Source: an uncultured Candidatus Saccharibacteria bacterium
Lineage (GTDB): Bacteria > Patescibacteriota > Saccharimonadia > Saccharimonadales > JAGQNJ01
Reading direction: 5' to 3'
Assembly: GCA_964493895.1 (NCBI GenBank)
Contig: CAZBPY010000003.1
Coordinates: forward strand, 15,176 to 79,175
Length of the DNA stretch: 64,000 nucleotides
Shown here: positions 1 through 9,547 of the stretch, in pieces
Layout of the letters: each line of letters opens with the position of its first letter
Numbering within the stretch: the first letter of the stretch is position 1
Translations under genes and position numbers: made by a program
The notes under the pieces: generated by a model
Database searches by the model: none
Seen by the model: only the letters and a program-made list of their open reading frames with translations
What the model was told of the DNA's origin: nothing

Positions 1-499
1 CGGCCAATTCATCATCGCCATCCTCCAGGGGTTGGTTGATGCCGCACTGCTGGCCATGGCCGGTTTGCCGGAATACTTCTTTTTCTTCTTTGTGCTGCTG
101 AGCGCCTTGTCAGTCATCCCCCTAGGCGGCGGCATTGTGGCCATTCCGATTGGAATAGTCATGATTCTAACCGGCCATATCTGGGAAGGAATTCTGGTCA
201 TCGCCGGTCACATTATTATAGTTACTAATATTGACAATGTCCTGCGACCACGTTTGGTACCCAAAGAAGCTAAATTAGATTCGGCTTTGACATTGCTGTC
301 GGTGTTTGCCGGGCTTAAATTGTTTGGTTTCTTAGGAATAGTGCTTGGCCCGGTAATTATGATCCTGATTGTCACCACCATCCAAGTCTATTTAGAAGTT
401 CACGGTTTTGATCCCAAGGATGGTAAGCCCCACCGCTCCAGAGGTATGGTGGCCCGTAGTATCCGGCGTCTTAAGAAGTTATTGGTTCGGCCCTCCTAA
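1..499 (+). CDS. AI-2E family transporter (5' end lies outside the window)
   Basis: Frame open from window start; hydrophobic; DNVLRPRLV and GxxxFGFLGIVLGP motifs typical of AI-2E/PerM C-termini. Confidence 0.85.
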   Translation, partial: GQFIIAILQGLVDAALLAMAGLPEYFFFFFVLLSALSVIPLGGGIVAIPIGIVMILTGHIWEGILVIAGHIIIVTNIDNVLRPRLVPKEAKLDSALTLLSVFAGLKLFGFLGIVLGPVIMILIVTTIQVYLEVHGFDPKDGKPHRSRGMVARSIRRLKKLLVRPS

Positions 500-538
500 T
501 CGACTGATCGGTCTTGTTATACTAATGACAAGACACTT

Positions 539-3073
539 ATGGTTAAAAACAATCATCATTTGCACCACTGGCACGCCGAGCAGCCTAGTTTTGTGTTGAA
601 ATCTTTTGACACCAGTACCGAGGGTCTATCTTCAGCTAAGGCCAAGCAGCGGTTAAAACGCTTTGGTCTAAACGTTTTAACCACCGAAAAAACCTCCTGG
701 CTGAAACGTCTCGTCGAGCCTTTCACTAGCTTGTTTGTGATTATTATGGTGGTGGCCTTGGTAATTAGCCTGGTGATGCAGGAACCTACTGATGCCTTGG
801 TAATTAGTGCTGTTTTGATTGTCAACGCTTTGATTTACTACTTCCAGCAGTACTCGGTCGGCCGAGTGCTGGCGTCCTTAAAGAGTCAGGAAGCTGGTAC
901 GGTTAGCGTTATGCGCGACGGCAAAAGACTTGAGATTAAGGCCCGCGGAATTGTACCTGGTGATATTGTCTATCTGTTCGAGGGGTTGAAGGTACCGGCA
1001 GACGGTCGAGTTATTGAAGCCAGCAATCTAGACGTTGATGAGTCAATATTAACTGGCGAGTCTTTGCCGGTCAGTAAATCTATTGATAGTTTGCCAGAAA
1101 AAACTGAAATTGGAGATCAAAAGAACATGGTCTTTAAGGGCACGTTGGTTTATAAGGGCAGTGGCTTGTTTGTGGTAACGGCCACCGCCAATAATACCCA
1201 GTTGGGAACAATCAGCCGTCTAGCCAGTCAAAGCGATATTGGTCGAACCCCAATCGAACGCAAAATTGATGAAATCACCAAAAAAATAGTCTACGGCGTA
1301 GGGGTAATAGCGGTTATCGTTTTTGGCCTGGGCCTGCTGCGTGGCATCGGCTTGGCCGAGGCCATTCGCTTTACCCTCTCCCTAGTTGTCTCGGTAGTTC
1401 CCGAGGGCTTACCAGTTACTCTAACTGTAGTTCTGTTATTAAGCGCCAAACGGATGGCCCGCCACAAGGCTCTGGTCAAGCGTCTGGCCAGCATTGAAAC
1501 TATGGGGGCCATCACCTTGATTGCTACCGACAAAACCGGTACTCTGACTCAGAACAAACTTGATGTAGCGGCGGTTCATCCGGACAAAACCAGTGTAGCT
1601 CACGCCGCCGCGGCCAGCATTACCACTGAAAACGGTATAACCCTTGATCCGCTGGATAATTTGTTGGACAAAGCTTTCGGCAATTTCGTTAAGCCGGGGC
1701 GGCGGCTGGACGATTTTCCCTTTGATCAAAAATTGCGGATGAGCGGTGCCGTTTGGCAGACCAAGAGCGGCAAAATTACCTTTGTTAAGGGTGCTCCTGA
1801 AGTTATGATCAGCAGCCTGTCGGCAGCCGAAAGGCGTAAGATCATGCAGGTTCTAGACGACTATACCTCGCGCGGCTTTCGAACAATTGCCTTCGGTCAT
1901 CTATCTAGCGGTGTCAAGCAGCTTTCCGATGTTTCTAAACACAAGCTAAAGTTTGATGGACTGGTGGCTTTGGCTGATCCGCTGCGGCCTAATATTCCAT
2001 CGGCTATTGCCGAGGCTCGAGCAGCCGGCATCAAAGTAGTAATGTTAACCGGTGACCACAAAAATACCGCCGAAGAAATTGCTCGGCAAGCCGGACTGGT
2101 TACAAATTCAGACCAGGTAGCTGATAGTAGAATGCTGGAAAAGCCGCCCAATCGTCATCTTATGAAAACAGTTCTATCACGGATCCATGTCTTTGGCCGC
2201 GTCCTGCCGCAACACAAGTTTAACTTTCTTAAAAGCGTCAAGGACACTGAGGTTACGGCTATGACCGGAGACGGTGTTAATGATATCCCAGCCCTGGTAG
2301 AAGCCGACGCCGGTCTATCAATGGGTAGCGGTACCGACGCGGCCAAAGACGCCAGCGATATTGTTCTGTTAGACGACAATTTTGGCACCATCATTAACGC
2401 TGTCAAGCAAGGCCGAGCCGTGATTGCTAACATCCAAAAGATGCTATTCTATCTTATCTCAACTAGTCTCGGTGAAGCTGGAACCATGATTGGCGCCCTG
2501 CTGACCGGCTTGCCGCTGCCGGTAACTGCCGTACAAATTCTGTGGATCAACCTAGTGACCGATACTTTTACAGTGTTGCCGATTGGCATCTCCAAGCCCG
2601 AGCGCTACCAGATGAAGCAGCCGCCGCGAAGTCCTCACAGACCGTTGTTATCACGGCCAATGTTGTCACGCACCATCTGGACTGGCCTGCTGACCGCGGC
2701 GGCCACGCTTTTCGTATTCCATCGTTTGCTACCCAAAGGCTATGACTATGCCCAGACGGCGGCCTTCACAGCCATTGTGGTGGCCCAATGGGCCAATGCC
2801 CTGAACGCTGCTTTCGACCGCTATAGTTGGCTATATTTCTTCCTGCGACCAAACTTCCTGCTGTTAGGCGGAATTGTAATTTCAATCGGCCTGCAGGCTT
2901 TGGTCGTCTATGGTCCGCTGCAATCAGCCTTCGGCATCGTGCCGCTGTCGTCATCAGATCTCATGCTGACGGTGTTTGTACCGGCCGCCACGGTTCTGCT
3001 TGGCGTCGACCTGCACAAGCTAATTTTCCGCCGCTCGGATTTACCCCCTGAAAGGGCCGCCCAAACACCTTAG
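539..3073 (+). CDS. Cation-transporting P-type ATPase (type II, Ca2+-ATPase-like)
   Basis: TGES, VPEGL, DKTGT phosphorylation site, KGAPE, TGDGVND, QILWINLVTD motifs. Confidence 0.93.
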   Translation: MVKNNHHLHHWHAEQPSFVLKSFDTSTEGLSSAKAKQRLKRFGLNVLTTEKTSWLKRLVEPFTSLFVIIMVVALVISLVMQEPTDALVISAVLIVNALIYYFQQYSVGRVLASLKSQEAGTVSVMRDGKRLEIKARGIVPGDIVYLFEGLKVPADGRVIEASNLDVDESILTGESLPVSKSIDSLPEKTEIGDQKNMVFKGTLVYKGSGLFVVTATANNTQLGTISRLASQSDIGRTPIERKIDEITKKIVYGVGVIAVIVFGLGLLRGIGLAEAIRFTLSLVVSVVPEGLPVTLTVVLLLSAKRMARHKALVKRLASIETMGAITLIATDKTGTLTQNKLDVAAVHPDKTSVAHAAAASITTENGITLDPLDNLLDKAFGNFVKPGRRLDDFPFDQKLRMSGAVWQTKSGKITFVKGAPEVMISSLSAAERRKIMQVLDDYTSRGFRTIAFGHLSSGVKQLSDVSKHKLKFDGLVALADPLRPNIPSAIAEARAAGIKVVMLTGDHKNTAEEIARQAGLVTNSDQVADSRMLEKPPNRHLMKTVLSRIHVFGRVLPQHKFNFLKSVKDTEVTAMTGDGVNDIPALVEADAGLSMGSGTDAAKDASDIVLLDDNFGTIINAVKQGRAVIANIQKMLFYLISTSLGEAGTMIGALLTGLPLPVTAVQILWINLVTDTFTVLPIGISKPERYQMKQPPRSPHRPLLSRPMLSRTIWTGLLTAAATLFVFHRLLPKGYDYAQTAAFTAIVVAQWANALNAAFDRYSWLYFFLRPNFLLLGGIVISIGLQALVVYGPLQSAFGIVPLSSSDLMLTVFVPAATVLLGVDLHKLIFRRSDLPPERAAQTP

Positions 3074-3109
3074 GTTTTGCGATATACCTTAAAAGATATA
3101 TTGCAAAAC
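3074..3109. repeat. 36-bp inverted repeat containing copy 1 of the 22-bp palindrome (GATATACCTTAAAAGATATATT at 3081-3102)
   Basis: GTTTTGCGATATACCTT-AA-AAGATATATTGCAAAAC lies between convergent stop codons. Confidence 0.8.
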
Positions 3110-3149
3110 AACCATCATCCAGACCAGGCATTGGCAAACGGCCGGACAC

Positions 3150-3467
3150 TTACCGCCGCGGCCAAATAACCGCCGCGGTAATTGACCCTAGAGGAATCGG
3201 GCCAAAGTCTCGGCTGTCGGTACTCATTGGCCGGTTGTCGCCCGAAACAATAAAACCGTCACCGTCTGTGTCGACAATTCGTTTGATTTTCTCTAGCCCG
3301 TGGTGACTAAATACCACGATCTGACCGGGACGATAATGCCGCCGGGGCACAGCCAAAATCAGACGTCCCGGCCTTAAGGTCGGCTGCATGCTGTCGCCAA
3401 CCACTCGGCGGACTAAAAACCTAGGCCGCCTTTTTGGTTTCGTGGAAGATCTTGGCGATCTCATCAA
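3150..3467 (-). CDS. sodX: Nickel-SOD maturation protease (S26 family); start uncertain
   Basis: VVGDSMQPTL (Ser), EKIKR (Lys), GDNRPMSTDSRDFG; directly downstream of and overlapping sodN. Confidence 0.85.
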   Translation of the reverse strand: MMRSPRSSTKPKRRPRFLVRRVVGDSMQPTLRPGRLILAVPRRHYRPGQIVVFSHHGLEKIKRIVDTDGDGFIVSGDNRPMSTDSRDFGPIPLGSITAAVIWPRR

Positions 3468-3804
3468 TCATGTCCAGCAATTTCTGACCCTCAGCCGGAT
3501 CAACAGACTTCTTGCAGTCACCGGCTTGCTTGGTAGCTTGCCAAAACTTATCATGCAAATCTGGATACTTTTCTAAATGCGGCGGCTTGAAATAATCTGT
3601 CCATAGTACCCATAAGTGATGCTTTACCAGTTCAGCTCGCTGTTCTTTGATAAAAATAGCCCGGATTTTATCTTCCTGGTGAAGGTCGGAACTGTATTTT
3701 TTCATAATCTCATGAACCGATTCAGCTTCGATACGAGCCTGAGCCGGATCATATACTCCGCATGGTAAATCACAATGTGCATAAACTGGCTTGATCAAAC
3801 TCAT
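3421..3804 (-). CDS. sodN: Nickel superoxide dismutase
   Basis: Ni-hook HCDLPCGVYDPA after a 9-aa propeptide; HHLWVLWTDYFK; SD GAAGGAGG upstream. Confidence 0.97.
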   Translation of the reverse strand: MSLIKPVYAHCDLPCGVYDPAQARIEAESVHEIMKKYSSDLHQEDKIRAIFIKEQRAELVKHHLWVLWTDYFKPPHLEKYPDLHDKFWQATKQAGDCKKSVDPAEGQKLLDMIDEIAKIFHETKKAA

Positions 3805-3833
3805 AATCCCTCCTTCGATGTGATTCTAGTATA

Positions 3834-4520
3834 TCACTGGAGATATTTTATAGCCAGATCACGAGCCAATAGTCCGGAAATCGGATTAGCAAACCCTGCC
3901 AGGTCAGCCGTCAATGGACGTTTGTCCTGACTCAAAGCTTGTTGCAGATGATTGGGACTGAGTCCTACCATTCGCAAGGCCTCACCAGCTGCAAATCGGT
4001 ACAAAAGAGTCGGCTTGCCGTCCGACTTAGCATAGATTGACGGCCAGACCAATCTATCAAATTTATCGTGTATCATCGAAGGGTCCGGACGGTCACGAAC
4101 TACTTTTCGAGCCCGGTGTTGAGCAGCCATAACACCATGCAATACGGTTGTCGTGGCTGCTAAATCAACAGCCGGTCCTATATCTGTACGACAGGCGTGT
4201 TGCAGAATTCTAGGGAACTTCTTAGATACTGACACGATTGTTGCTGTCATATCATATTTACTACGTCGGTGCCAGGTGGACATAGGCGGATGAATATCAA
4301 CTGCAGGAGAAGTGTCAAACGACAGCTTTGTATGAGCAACATCAATGGCATCGTCAGACATGGCGTATCGGTCCTTTAGGTGACGAACTGCCTCCCCAGA
4401 TAGAGCAGCCGAGTACACAACATCGAGGAAGCCCTCGACTTCCTCGATACCATTCCTAATTTGGGGGTTGTCGGGGAATTGAATTACTTCGCCGCATTTA
4501 TCTCCGGGTCCATTAGTCAT
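3834..4520 (-). CDS. Hypothetical protein (orphan-like)
   Basis: Long ORF; ATG at 4520 lies 7 nt after TATAAT; no recognised motif. Confidence 0.6.
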   Translation of the reverse strand: MTNGPGDKCGEVIQFPDNPQIRNGIEEVEGFLDVVYSAALSGEAVRHLKDRYAMSDDAIDVAHTKLSFDTSPAVDIHPPMSTWHRRSKYDMTATIVSVSKKFPRILQHACRTDIGPAVDLAATTTVLHGVMAAQHRARKVVRDRPDPSMIHDKFDRLVWPSIYAKSDGKPTLLYRFAAGEALRMVGLSPNHLQQALSQDKRPLTADLAGFANPISGLLARDLAIKYLQ

Positions 4521-4567
4521 AATTACTATTATATCACACTTGTCAATCTTTTTCAATACCTAGTTCT

Positions 4568-5212
4568 CTAGCGGCTTTGCTGGCGGCGCCACTTTTCAAT
4601 GTCAGCATGGTGGCCTGATCGAAGCACTGATGGAACAGTTATACCGCGAAATTCTTCTGGCCGAGTGTAGTGTTCGTGCTCGATGGCCTGATCATCGTCT
4701 TGAAAGGACTCTTTTTCAGCACTGGTTTCACCTCCCAGAACGCCGGGCAACAACCTAGTGACGCTATCAATTATAATCATCGCCGGTAACTCACCGCCAG
4801 TTAAGACGTAGTTGCCAATGCATATCTGTTCGTCAACAAAGCTGGTAATTCGCTCATCATAACCCTCATAACGCGGGCAGACAATTATCAGGTCGTGGCT
4901 GGCTGAGGCCAGGCGCTTCGCATCGGACTGTTTGTACAGCTTGCCGCGAGGTGTCGGTAGTAGCACCCTGGCATCTGGCGAGCTGGTCTTAGCGTGTTCA
5001 ATTGCCGCCACTATTGGTTCTGGCCGCAGAACCATGCCGTCACCGCCACCATAAGGAATATCATCGACTTGCTGGCGAGGTCCCAGGCCAAAATCTCGCA
5101 ATGGTATATGGACAAAGTCTACTGCGCCAATGTCCTGAGCTTTGCGAAGCATGCTGGTGCCCAAAACCCCCTCAAACATGTCCGGAAACAGTGAGATTAT
5201 AATTATCTTCAC
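4568..5212 (-). CDS. trmD: tRNA (guanine37-N1)-methyltransferase
   Basis: VDDIPYGGGDGMVL, RYEGYDER, SIG-like CIGNYVLTGGE, YTRP motifs. Confidence 0.97.
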   Translation of the reverse strand: MKIIIISLFPDMFEGVLGTSMLRKAQDIGAVDFVHIPLRDFGLGPRQQVDDIPYGGGDGMVLRPEPIVAAIEHAKTSSPDARVLLPTPRGKLYKQSDAKRLASASHDLIIVCPRYEGYDERITSFVDEQICIGNYVLTGGELPAMIIIDSVTRLLPGVLGGETSAEKESFQDDDQAIEHEHYTRPEEFRGITVPSVLRSGHHADIEKWRRQQSR

Positions 5213-5294
5213 AACATTATTATACAGGGGTAGAATTAAGATGCCTAGTTAGCGAATATATCGCTGTGAGGCCGTCTGGGTTAATATTAATACA

Positions 5295-6860
5295 ATGCGT
5301 AGCTTAAAAATGGCGGTAGGTTTTTTTATTGCTGCAGTGATATTATTTGCTCCAGCATTGGGTTCGGTGTCTTCGGCTCAAGCTTCGTCTGATTATGAAG
5401 ACAGTGAGTGTTATTTGGGCAACGTTCCTGCTTTTGATGCACGCGACCAGATTCGACCAGGCAGCTATGCTATCTATGCTAAATTGGCTCGCCGTGGACA
5501 ATTAGCACCTGTGACTCTTTATATTGAGGACAATGGAGCTTCTGCTTGCCAGCTAGTCGGTTCAATTGAAGCAAATGGCGAGACCTGGCAGAGGGTAGGC
5601 ACTTGGGATTCAATCGATGATGCGCCGGTTCGGTTTCAACTGAGTTCGCCGGCTTTTACTTATGAACTTGACGCTAACCGCCCATCGATAATGTTACTTC
5701 CGCTGACTAGTCCGCCCTGCCAGCCGGTTGTTAATTGTGAACTTGAGTACGAGGGTCAGCCTGCATACCTTGTGCCGACTAGTACTTTACTAAGCGAAAA
5801 TCAATTGCGGGTACAACAAGTCAAAGATCTACAATCAGATCGTTTGGTGCAGGTTGGGTATTTTTCTGATGGTCAATTACTTTACACCACGCCTAAGTTA
5901 GAGCCGTTTGACCTGCGGTATGTCCGTGGCGGTGATCACGACCTATCCAGGGTGCTGCAATTTGAGTCCGGGCAGAGGGTGGTTTTACCTTCCACTGCCA
6001 GGATTAGCTTTGCCAGAGATTTTCAAAATCTGTTATTCCGCCTTTTTCACAGCAATCGCATCGGCTTGCAAATTCTAGCCACCTTAATCATCTTGTCTCT
6101 AGTGGCCATGATTACTCTGGCCGCTATTCGCACCCTACATCGGCGACGTATTTGGAAGCTTAGTCATGGTTTATTGAGGCCGTCGCCTTCTAAACTGCAG
6201 CCACAGCAACAGCTGCCGGCCAATTATGTTCCGCCGGCCCATAAATTCATAGCTGAGGATTCGGCCCTGATAAAGCGAGTTAAACAGTTCATGCCTTATG
6301 TTTTTGCGGCGATTTGCATCGTTGTGGCCATTGGCGTAATTGACACTTATGTGGGTCAGCTATTTAAGGTTGATGGGCCAAGCATGGAAAACACTCTTCA
6401 GACCGATGATTTGATCTATGTTAACCGACTACCAAAAACCTGGGCCACTATCAATGGCGGTGAATTCGTGCCTAAACGCGGGCAAGTTGTCGTCTTCCAA
6501 AAGGCCCATAGCGAACTGTTTATTCAGGAAAGTCAGGGCGAAGAAAATACATATGTTGTCAAGCGAGTTTTGGGACTGCCTGGTGAGCGAGTACTGATCA
6601 AAAACGGTAAAATCACTATTTTTAACCGCGATCATCCTGGCGGCTTCAACCCTGATGATAACAGTGACTGGCAGGCAACATATATCGTTGACCCGAACGA
6701 GAATATTGACTTAACCCTAAATCAAAGCGAGATCTTTGTCACTGGCGACAATCGTCCAGAATCACTAGACTCTCGAACCAACGGACCGATTAATATCAAT
6801 GAGCTGATTGGAGTGGCCGAAGCCCGCCTATTGCCGTTTAGCAAACGCCAAACGCTTTAG
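5295..6860 (+). CDS. lepB: Signal peptidase I (S26) fused to a large N-terminal exported domain
   Basis: C-terminal VDGPSMENTL, YVVKRVLGLPGE, GDNRPESLDSR; N-terminal signal peptide ending AQA and two internal TM helices. Confidence 0.8.
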   Translation: MRSLKMAVGFFIAAVILFAPALGSVSSAQASSDYEDSECYLGNVPAFDARDQIRPGSYAIYAKLARRGQLAPVTLYIEDNGASACQLVGSIEANGETWQRVGTWDSIDDAPVRFQLSSPAFTYELDANRPSIMLLPLTSPPCQPVVNCELEYEGQPAYLVPTSTLLSENQLRVQQVKDLQSDRLVQVGYFSDGQLLYTTPKLEPFDLRYVRGGDHDLSRVLQFESGQRVVLPSTARISFARDFQNLLFRLFHSNRIGLQILATLIILSLVAMITLAAIRTLHRRRIWKLSHGLLRPSPSKLQPQQQLPANYVPPAHKFIAEDSALIKRVKQFMPYVFAAICIVVAIGVIDTYVGQLFKVDGPSMENTLQTDDLIYVNRLPKTWATINGGEFVPKRGQVVVFQKAHSELFIQESQGEENTYVVKRVLGLPGERVLIKNGKITIFNRDHPGGFNPDDNSDWQATYIVDPNENIDLTLNQSEIFVTGDNRPESLDSRTNGPININELIGVAEARLLPFSKRQTL

Positions 6861-7690
6861 TAGGCCTGTATGGTCATTTCGCTGACTTCAACCGGAGCTT
6901 CAAAGGGGTATTCATTAGGATAATCTGATGCAAACGCCCAGAATTCCAGGGATATAAAACTCTTTGCACTATCCTCAAACTCAATATCGTTACAGACATC
7001 GGTGAAGTTTGTGCTATTTAATATATGTGTATTATAACTTGAGTCCTCCGATTTCCGGTTTTTATCTGGACTGGCAACAATCCGTACAGAAGATGCCTTG
7101 TTCGGTTCTGTGACTCGGGCACGCGCGCAGACTTTAAATCTCTTCCCCCAATTCGCTTCAACAAATTTAGGTACTTGAATATATTCTTTTGTAAATTCAG
7201 GCGTCATGATATTGCCAACAACTGGGTCTGAGTGCCATTTAGGACCAGTCTCCCATACGCTTTCAGGTCCGGCAGTAATTGTTACAACATCACTCAGGAC
7301 ATGGTCACGTGAGCTGAGATTTCCGTCATACACTCTGAGCTGGTTGGCAATTAATTTATTGCCAGCTCGCTTTTGGCCTGGCAACGGCTTCCCAGCATAA
7401 TTATAGAGCGCATTCGCGAGCTGGGCTCTTAATAATGGATCGCTTGGTTTAAACGTCCCGTTTTGAAAGCCATTCATCATACCTATGTCAGAGGAAGTCG
7501 CCCAGGTTATGGCATCTTTGGCCCAGGCTGGCGTGTCGGTGAATCTAGCCGTCGTAACCGATTCCGCCTTGGATGAATTGCCTCTCACCCGATTGAATAC
7601 GTAGAATCCGACTGCCACGATCAAAACTATTACTATTAGAATAATAAAGGCTTCTACGTGTGCGAAGCCGCGCTGTCCAATTTTTTTCAT
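6857..7690 (-). CDS. Type IV pilin-like protein with an S-layer homology (SLH) domain
   Basis: Class III signal QRG|FAHVE plus hydrophobic helix; FTDTPAWAKDAI..GMMNGFQNGTFKPSDPLLRAQLA resembles the SLH consensus. Confidence 0.75.
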   Translation of the reverse strand: MKKIGQRGFAHVEAFIILIVIVLIVAVGFYVFNRVRGNSSKAESVTTARFTDTPAWAKDAITWATSSDIGMMNGFQNGTFKPSDPLLRAQLANALYNYAGKPLPGQKRAGNKLIANQLRVYDGNLSSRDHVLSDVVTITAGPESVWETGPKWHSDPVVGNIMTPEFTKEYIQVPKFVEANWGKRFKVCARARVTEPNKASSVRIVASPDKNRKSEDSSYNTHILNSTNFTDVCNDIEFEDSAKSFISLEFWAFASDYPNEYPFEAPVEVSEMTIQAY

Positions 7691-7775
7691 TTTTTAACCT
7701 TTTGATTTTATGTATTCTGGTCAAACTATACCATAATACGGCCCGCTTACCTAGAGCTTGTCCACAGCTCTAAAA

Positions 7776-8264
7776 CTATATATCAAGGTCGTCGAGATCA
7801 GCCAGTTCGCGGCGGGTTCGGTCAAAGTTGGATTGGCTGTCATCGGCTTCATCTTGTTCGTCAGCAAAGACCTGTACATCCGAATGGTCGGCGACGCTTT
7901 CGCTGGCATTCTCCGCACTGTCGTCTGCATCAATCGGATGGTCATCTTGTTTAGGTTTTTCTTCAGCTGCTGGCTGGGGCTTATCAGATTTTTCAGGTTT
8001 AGGCGGCTTCTCCCCGCCAACATCAACAATTTTTAGATTATAACGAGCATCATTCTTTGTCCCCAGAGCCCGCAGTAAAGTTCTCAACGCCTGGGCCCCG
8101 GCACCGCGCTTGCCAATAACTCGTCCAAGATCTTCGGGATTAACGGTCAGTTCTAGTAATACACCTTTTTCATCTATAGTACGCTTGATAGACACATCAT
8201 CGGGGTTGCCGACAATAGTTTTTACTACATATTCAATAAATTGTTCGTCAATACTGGCGCTCAT
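7776..8264 (-). CDS. khpA: KH-domain RNA-binding protein with acidic tail
   Basis: DLGRVIGKRG (GxxG); directly downstream of rpsP. Confidence 0.92.
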   Translation of the reverse strand: MSASIDEQFIEYVVKTIVGNPDDVSIKRTIDEKGVLLELTVNPEDLGRVIGKRGAGAQALRTLLRALGTKNDARYNLKIVDVGGEKPPKPEKSDKPQPAAEEKPKQDDHPIDADDSAENASESVADHSDVQVFADEQDEADDSQSNFDRTRRELADLDDLDI

Positions 8265-8329
8265 AATGTCCTCCTGTAAGCTCAGTCTTTGGTAATACTT
8301 CGATTATAGCACGAGCAAAATGCCGGTAC

Positions 8330-8806
8330 TTAAGACTTTTTGTCTTCTTTGGGAGCGCCTTCGGCAGCAGGCTTGTCGGTGGCCTCAGCTGATTCTGGTT
8401 CAGCTTTTGCGCCTTCGGCATCGGTAGACTGTTCAACATCTTCAGCGGGTGGTTCATCGGTGGCCGCCGGTGTCTCAGGCTCGGCCGGCTCGTCAGGGCG
8501 ATTCTTGCGCAACTTCTCGGGGTTGCGGATTTTACGCTTTAGAGGCTCGCTTAACTGAACCCAGGCGGGCAGCTTAACCCCTTCTTTCTTGAATAATCGG
8601 GCCACTCGATCGGATGGTTGAGCACCATTTTTAAGATAAAAATCGGCCTTCTCGCTGTCGATCGTTAAAACTTTGGTGTGCGGATCAAAATTTCCCAAAC
8701 GGTAAACAATCCGACCGCTGGTCGGCGTCAGACGGGATTCTTGGACCACCACACGGTATTGAGCATGGCCTTTGCGGCCAGTTCGTTGCAAACGGATAGC
8801 TAACAT
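8330..8806 (-). CDS. rpsP: 30S ribosomal protein S16 with acidic C-terminal extension
   Basis: MLAIRLQRTGRK..YRVVV..GAQPSDRV. Confidence 0.97.
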   Translation of the reverse strand: MLAIRLQRTGRKGHAQYRVVVQESRLTPTSGRIVYRLGNFDPHTKVLTIDSEKADFYLKNGAQPSDRVARLFKKEGVKLPAWVQLSEPLKRKIRNPEKLRKNRPDEPAEPETPAATDEPPAEDVEQSTDAEGAKAEPESAEATDKPAAEGAPKEDKKS

Positions 8807-8854
8807 ACTCGGACTATTCTACAGATAAGCGCCTCTGATGTCAACAGGGGTTAT

Positions 8855-9547
8855 TTATTGATATTTTTTCAAGGCTTCGGTGGCGGCTTCTTGCTGACCT
8901 ATTTGCTTGGACGGCCCTTGTCCGCTTCCCATTAGTTTGTCATTGATATAAACGCCAACTGTGAATAATTTGTCGTGGTCCGGACCCTCTTCCTCAATAA
9001 CTTTATAGACTGGTGTAGCGCTATCAATCGCTTGAGCCTTTTCCTGAAGATGCGACTTAGCATCCATCCAGGAACCAGATTCCAATATGCCATCGAATGT
9101 CGGCAGCAAACTCTTAGCAATAAAGTCGCGGGCGGCTTCATAGCCCTGATCCAGGTACAGCGCCCCAACCACAGCTTCGTAAGTATTAGCCAAAATTTGG
9201 GCCCGGGCCCGCTCGGAGCCGCGCTTTTCACCGCGGCTTAACCGCAACAAAGGTTCAAATTCTGATCGTCTGGCTGCCTCAGAAATGCTCTCGGTACGCA
9301 CTAAACTGCTGCGCCAGTTAGTTAATATTCCTTCCGGTTCAGAATAGTTGGAATACAGAAACTCAGTTACGACTAGCTCTAAAACGGCGTCGCCCAGAAA
9401 CTCCAGTCGCTCGTTGTGTTCGGTGACAGACTTACGGTGCTCATTAACATAACTGCGATGCGTAAAAGCCAGTAACAACAGTGCTGGATCTTTAAAGGTC
9501 GTACCTAATTGTTTCTTGGCAAACTCAACGTATGGTGCTATGTCCAT
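8855..9547 (-). CDS. rnc: Ribonuclease III
   Basis: HNERLEFLGDAVL signature; dsRBD with GPDHDK. Confidence 0.98.
   Translation of the reverse strand: MDIAPYVEFAKKQLGTTFKDPALLLLAFTHRSYVNEHRKSVTEHNERLEFLGDAVLELVVTEFLYSNYSEPEGILTNWRSSLVRTESISEAARRSEFEPLLRLSRGEKRGSERARAQILANTYEAVVGALYLDQGYEAARDFIAKSLLPTFDGILESGSWMDAKSHLQEKAQAIDSATPVYKVIEEEGPDHDKLFTVGVYINDKLMGSGQGPSKQIGQQEAATEALKKYQ

Noticed and set aside
7752-7772. DnaA-box-like TTGTCCACA (possible oriC)
   Set aside because: Single imperfect box in the loop of a TAGAGCT/AGCTCTA hairpin after khpA; better explained as a terminator-like hairpin.
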